From contig BFEA01000008.1 of NCBI GenBank assembly GCA_003427395.1, positions 710,244-774,243 of the forward strand: a DNA stretch of 64,000 nucleotides, in the 5' to 3' direction. This DNA comes from Chara braunii. Taxonomy: Eukaryota > Plantae > Charophyceae. Position 1 is the stretch's first letter, and each line of letters begins with the position of its first letter. A program made the position numbers and the translations under genes. A model generated the notes under the pieces. The model made no database searches. It had not been told where the DNA came from and saw only the letters and a list, made by a program, of their open reading frames with translations. This document shows, piece by piece, positions 58,350-64,000 of the stretch.

Positions 58350-61300
58350 TTACATTTTATGATAAAATTTCTTTGTAGTCGACATTTGTTGTTTGAGGGG
58401 TAGAAGTGGGGAGTAGGAATCGTATGTGTGCAGGATTGCCAACACATGATGCTGCAACATAGAGTTGGCCGTGTGCAAAGGCAGGTTGTTGGAGATCAAT
58501 GTGTGCCTTGTGATTTGTTCACAGTGATTGCAAATGCAGGGCGGATCGGGAATTGACGGCGCTGCCAAGGGAAAGGTGTGGTTTGGTCAACAATAGAAAG
58601 GAGAATTCGTGGGAGAAGGACGGGGTGAAGAGGAGGAAGAGTGTGAGCGTGAAGTAGTCGGTTATTTGTTATGGAGTCTACTATAAGACGTGTGTCGTTG
58701 CACAAATTATTTCGGGGTGCATCTTTTTTAATGCGTAATAAGTGTGGTGGTAAGGAAGGGATGTCAATTGTGTTTAGAATATCAATGGGAATATCGGGGT
58801 ATTGTTCGTTTTGCAGAAGGGAATCAGCACTGAGAGATGAAAGGAAAGGACCAGGAAATTGATCGAGGATAATAGAGTTGATCGCGGAGACATTTTTGTT
58901 CTTCGGTGATAGGATGAGGCGTTCTGCAAACCATTGAGGGTTTGTAGAATTGGATTGTAGTTGTGGGAAAGTCCATGCGATAAGGTCCATTATTGATCCG
59001 TGTAGACACAGGTGAGGTGGAAGGTCAATTGTTGTAGAATGTGTTTGTGGCGGGGGTTGTAGTTCTCTGTTGCCAAGTGCGAGGAGCCATTGTGCATAAT
59101 CATGGCCTTCGAGAGTGTCAGTTTGAGTTAGGACGCGCATGTTTTCAGAGAGATGGAAAGTTTGGAAATGTTGCCACAAATATGATGATTTGATGCATGC
59201 ATCGACAGTTTGCGCGCGTGTTCCTTTTAAGACGACGAGCAAAATTTGTCGAAAGTCACCACCTAGAATTGTAATTTTGCTGCCGAAAGGGATATTTGAA
59301 GAGCAAATGTCTTGGAGTGTACGGTCGAGTGCCTCAAAGTGATATTTGTGTGTCATAGGTGCTTCATCCCATAGAAGAACGACAGTCATTCGGATAAGAT
59401 TTGCGAGTTGTAATTGTTTTGGTATGTCGAGTGTTGAAGTTGCAGTTGGTGTAAGCGGCGCTTTGAAGCGAGAGTGGTATGTGCGGCCGCCGTCAAGTAG
59501 TGTTGCAGCAATGCCACTCGATGCAACAGCGAGTGCAACTTGGTTTTGATGTCGGACGTGGGCAAGGATTGTGTTGAATAGAAATGTTTTTCCTGTGTCG
59601 GCTGGAGCATCAACGAAAATGCAAAGTGGCTCATCATGATCAAGGGCGTTGACAATGCGTTGAAAAATTGCATGTTGGGATGGGCGAAGGAGCGACACGT
59701 TTATAGAGACTGTACGTTCGAGATGGTCTTGATCGTAGGAGATCTCATCGTCAATAACATGGGGAATGTTTTGTCTACGCGGTCTTTCAGCGAGATTGTT
59801 TGCGGCATTTCGGTCAGCGGGCAAAGGAGGGATGATACCAACATCTTCAAGTGTTTTGCCTTCTTTTTTGCAGACGATCTTCGATATCAAGGAGGAGGAG
59901 TGCTTTAAGTGGAACATTGGCATCTCGTAAGTCTCGGATGAAATCATCTGTCATTTGTTCCCAATGTGTTTCAAACAGGGCATTGGGATCAGCCGGTCCG
60001 CAGTGGAGGAGAATGTGGACGAAGAAGTCACGGACCATAGGCGATGATGAAATGAATATTGCGTCTTGAAGTACCGCGTTGAATTGTGTATTATCATTTA
60101 GTAGACCAAGTGCTTGACATGCCAATTGGTATGTCGGCAGAATAACACGATCGACAGTTCTTAAATGCTCAAACGATGTAGCACCACGTGAATGAGGTGA
60201 TTGGAGAAGCATACGGAGGTAGAATGTGTCGCCAGCATTTGGGTGGATCGTGTGTATTCGGCCGATTGTATTCGATGCACGTTGTCGCAGGATCCAACGT
60301 TTTTGTGTTTTGTCATATCGAAATCTTTGTATCATATCTTTATATAGCGGTTTGGTCTCATGTGGAAGTTGGAGGTTGGCTGCATTCCATTTGAACCAAG
60401 CGGTAAGCTCGGTTTCAGGTGCAGGATTTCGGGCTATTTGTTCTGCTCGACGGGGATGGAAGTAGACACGTTGTCGGTTTTCAGTATGGACAGGCAGAGC
60501 AGAAACGGCGGGGTAACGTTCAGAGATAGAGAAGTCGAAAATACGCCAACACGCTTCAGCTGCACCAATTGATCGCATATCTTGGAAAATTTGAATTTCG
60601 TCGTTTGCACATGTCATTTCGCCGACCATGGCACGGTCAGGGCCTTTCATAATATATTCAAACATGTATCGATATGCGGCTGTAGAAGCGCATACCTCAA
60701 CATTGAGGTGACATCGGTATCGTAGGAGGAGGAAAGGAGAATATGGGACAACCCAAGAATTGTTGAGTTCATGGTCATGGTTGTGCCGCCATGTTCAGGT
60801 GAACGTCGCCGATAGATCGGGTATCCTGTATCTTCATTCCATGACGTATGTTCAGAGAAATCTTTTGGGAAATGGTGTGCACAGTGATCATCTCGCATAC
60901 ACGGGGCTTGCATATTGTGTGCACCGCATGGATTGTGGATCATGTGCGCCAAGACCAGGTCGCGAAGAGTTGGATTTGTAGGGATTTCCGCAGAAATAAT
61001 TGAATCAATTTGTTCAGGGCTAGTAATTTTATGTGGCTCAGTGAATGTGACGACTAAATGGGCATGCGGTAGACCGCGTTTTTGGAATTCAATAACGTAT
61101 ATGTATGCAGCTGTGGGACCGAAGATGTGTGTGTTATGTATGTCATGAATGAGTTGATGCAAGTAACCTTTGAAAAGACGTGCTAAGAGGTCAGGTCTGT
61201 CAGACGGTTGCTGGTTGGGGAACAAGTGATTTTGTATTTCGGGTCAGTGTGAGTTACATGTGATTGTGATGAACAGATCCGGTGGTCCAAATTCTTGGAC

Positions 61301-62400
61301 TGCAGCCATAGAGTCCTGGTAACGACAATGCGTATCACACGGTCCGCCTGTGAAGGTTGCAGGAAGAATAATTCGTTGATCGATATTTTGTGCATTGTCG
61401 TATTGCATAAAATGGTAGTGCAGGTTTTGATAAAGGTCAACACAAATTTCTGTTTGATGGAGCCGATTGTATAGCAAACAGCCGCTCTCAATTTTTGCAA
61501 AGGCCATGCAGATGTATTCTTGGAAAAGACGCGAAGCAAGGAATAGTGTTGGTCGTTCAGTGTTACGAGTATTGAGATGAAATGCATAGAATTCGCGAGT
61601 TGTGATGGGTGGATTGTCGGGGTTGTCTGTGCCCGGGCTCCACCCATCTTCGCCCGAGGGAAAGAGGAGAACATAGTGTAGTGGATCAAACGCGCGATTT
61701 GTTTCGGGAACAGGAAAAACACCGCCGCCACGGTGGTGTATAACGATTTCTCGGGTTGATAGTGTATCGGCCATCAATAAACATAACTCGTGCAAACCTT
61801 GTGGACTGTTATAACGTCGATCTTGTGCCCAACGGTTACATGAGTGTAGTAGGCGATGGAGCTTTCGGAGGAGGTGTTTGATTTGAGCAATAGTTGAGAG
61901 TGGCATATCGAGTGGCAGTTCGAATCTTGTGAGGCGGACAATTGTTGCATCGTTATCATCCGAAGGATCGTAGATGTATAGTTGTGCAAACGCTGGTTGC
62001 TGATCCGGGTCTGGCAGGGGCAGTCCGAAATTGTGATGGAGGTGGCCAACAATTCTTAGCATGCCAGGCCAAGGCCCGTGCGGATGTGTTTCTCGGACAA
62101 TTTGTGAGGCGAGCGCAAGTGCGTTGTTAAACTGACGTGCACGAGAGCGCAGAAGGCGACCTTGACGGTTATCAGATTGCCAAAGATGAAGAATTTCATG
62201 TGCAGGTGTATCCTGTGGAGGATATTGCCAGAGAGGAGGGTGAACAGCTTCGTGACGACAGCAGAGTGTGCTCCATGTGCGCTCATGTGGCCATTTTTCA
62301 GCGTTGCAGTGAGTGCAAGGGGTGCGATCACCGAGGGAGACAATATCGAAGGATGTATCGTGGAGAATAAGTGTAGCTGTGTAAAGCCGAGCAGCATTCA
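58350..62400 (-). pseudogene. Helitron Rep (HUH/Y2)-PIF1 helicase, frameshifted
   Basis: Zn-finger CTHC...CC; PDLFITITCN; EFQKRGLPHAH; YMFEYIMKG; degenerate Walker A DAPADTGKT; DEAPM; GGDFRQ; RRQFPIRPAFAITVNKSQG; HGQLYVAAS. Split over four or more frames. Confidence 0.93.
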
Positions 62401-63154
62401 CACGGGGTGAAATTCGGTGAACATGGCTCTGTCTACGGTTGTGCTCGCGGCGAGCATGGTCAACATGGAGTTGGGAACGGCCACCTGAGGAATCACATTC
62501 AGACCAAGAAACATGGCAAGCGGGAAAAAGGGAGACAATAGATAATTGTGAGGGCATGGAAATAGAGAGAAGTCGAAAAAAAAAAGAAGATTGTTGATAT
62601 AAATACACTCCGTCGTGCAATGGACAGGTGGACAGAATTGACAAAAGAGGCAAATGAGGCACTTTTATTTTGAGGGGAGAAAAAAAAAGGTGTTCACAGC
62701 AGATAGAAAATTGTTTGCGAGTTTTTTTTTGTTTTTTTTTTTAAAACAGATGTCTTTGTTCCTTTTGTGTTACTCAGGTGGGTGCAGCTAGGTGTTGTTG
62801 AATGCACATGTGGATTTGTGGTGTGGCAGGGAAGCAGTTTCTTTGTGCGTTTTTTAGTTTTTTTGGTTTGGTCCTCTTCTGTTGGTTCTATGTGTGTCCT
62901 CTTTGTTCCTTCTTTATTCGTTCTCTGTCGGTCATCTGTTCTTGTGTCTGTTCGGTCCTTGCAGTCAATGAAGGGATCTTGTGTTCGTAGATTCCTGTTG
63001 GCAATATGGCCCTTGCTCCGTTATGGAAAACTCTGAATCTATCTGGAGTGGAATGTTCTGCAGTGGAGTAAGGACCTTTCGTTGCTGGAGTCATTTGGTA
63101 TATCCCAACCCTGATCCCGCAACACAATAGGGGTTTTTTGGAAGCGATCCGTTT

Positions 63155-63165
63155 CTGTCTCTCTG

Positions 63166-63249
<84 letters not shown>

Positions 63250-63250
63250 C
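63155..63250. repeat. (CT)n/(ATCT)n microsatellite
   Basis: Seen directly. Confidence 0.95.
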
Positions 63251-63319
63251 CTTTTTCTCTCTCTGTCTCTCTCTGTCGATGTCAGTCACTGGAAAATCGG
63301 GCCGGTTCCGTCCTTTTCA

Positions 63320-63990
63320 CTCTCTGTCTCTCCCGGATTCCGTCTCCCGATCTCGTCTTCTTTACCCCTGGAAGTCCATAGACGTCCGTCTCTTTTTTTT
63401 TTTTTTCAACAGATGTCTTTGTTGCTTTTGTGTCACAAACGGGAGCATGGGCAGTGGGTGCTGAATGCATATCTCTCTCTCTCTGTCTTTGTCTGTCTGT
63501 GCCTCTCTCTTTCTCTCCTTTCATTGTCTCTCTCTCCCGGACGGGCCCTGAATGCATCTCTCTCTCTCTCTGTCTTTGTCTGTCTGTTCGTCTCTCTGTC
63601 TCTCGTTTCATTCTCTCTCTCTCCCGGATCCCGTCTTCCGATCATGTCTTCTTTACCGAAGCAAGTCCATACACGTCTCTCTCTTTTTTTTTTTTTAAAC
63701 AGATGTCTCTGTTGCTTTTGTTTCACAGACGGGAGCGTGGGCAGCTGGTGCTGAATGCACATAGGGGAGAAAGGTGTGCGGACAATATATACGGAGCGGA
63801 ACGACAATAAAGCTCACTCAAGGATATTGACCTCTGCCCCGGCCGTCGTGCCTCTACCGCCGTCGTTTGTCTCCCTGGGGCAGCCTGTCTCTCTCTCTGC
63901 TGCTTGCCACCCTTTGACTCTCTCTTTCTCCCGGATCCGCTCTCCCCATGGCCTCTTCTTTACCGCAGCAAGTCGATACACTGGTCTCCC
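63320..63990. repeat. Diverged ~295-bp tandem repeat (about 2.3 units)
   Basis: ctcccggat.cg.ct.cc.at..cttctttacc...aagtc.ata at ~63330, ~63621 and ~63928. Confidence 0.8.
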
Positions 63991-64000
63991 TGGCGCAGCA

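Larger units (their letters stand above)
56397..62703 (-). mobile_element. Helitron (rolling-circle transposon), about 6.3 kb; 5' end tentative
   Basis: 3' end: perfect 9-bp GC hairpin gccgcagcg-a-cgctgcggc (56408-56426), 7 nt before CTTG|T. Rep/Hel gene present. Candidate A|TC 5' end at 62703. Confidence 0.85.

Overview
This is repeat-rich eukaryotic nuclear DNA from a draft assembly with five N-gaps. The plant-type gene, plant-type mitochondrial rRNA fragment and retroelement style suggest a streptophyte, plausibly a charophyte alga such as Chara; this is an inference. The window appears to lie inside one host gene that the ORF track misses. Eleven phase-compatible GT-AG exons on the + strand (9874-52300, 1333 nt, about 444 codons) encode the HEAT/alpha-solenoid middle part of the DNA-damage kinase ATM. 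The introns (up to 10.8 kb) are filled with nested transposons: three decayed Ty3/Gypsy elements, several LTR or solo-LTR families, L1-clade LINE remnants sharing a conserved 3' stem-loop, a tRNA-derived SINE with TSD, two 8-bp-TSD MITEs, a T/A-flanked CCACCAG-TIR family, and a roughly 6.3 kb Helitron. The Helitron carries a Rep/PIF1 pseudogene plus a second, F-box-like reading frame. The window also holds a ~110 bp mitochondrial SSU rRNA insertion (NUMT) and two Nextera mate-pair adaptor artefacts. No CRISPR array or prokaryotic system is supported.
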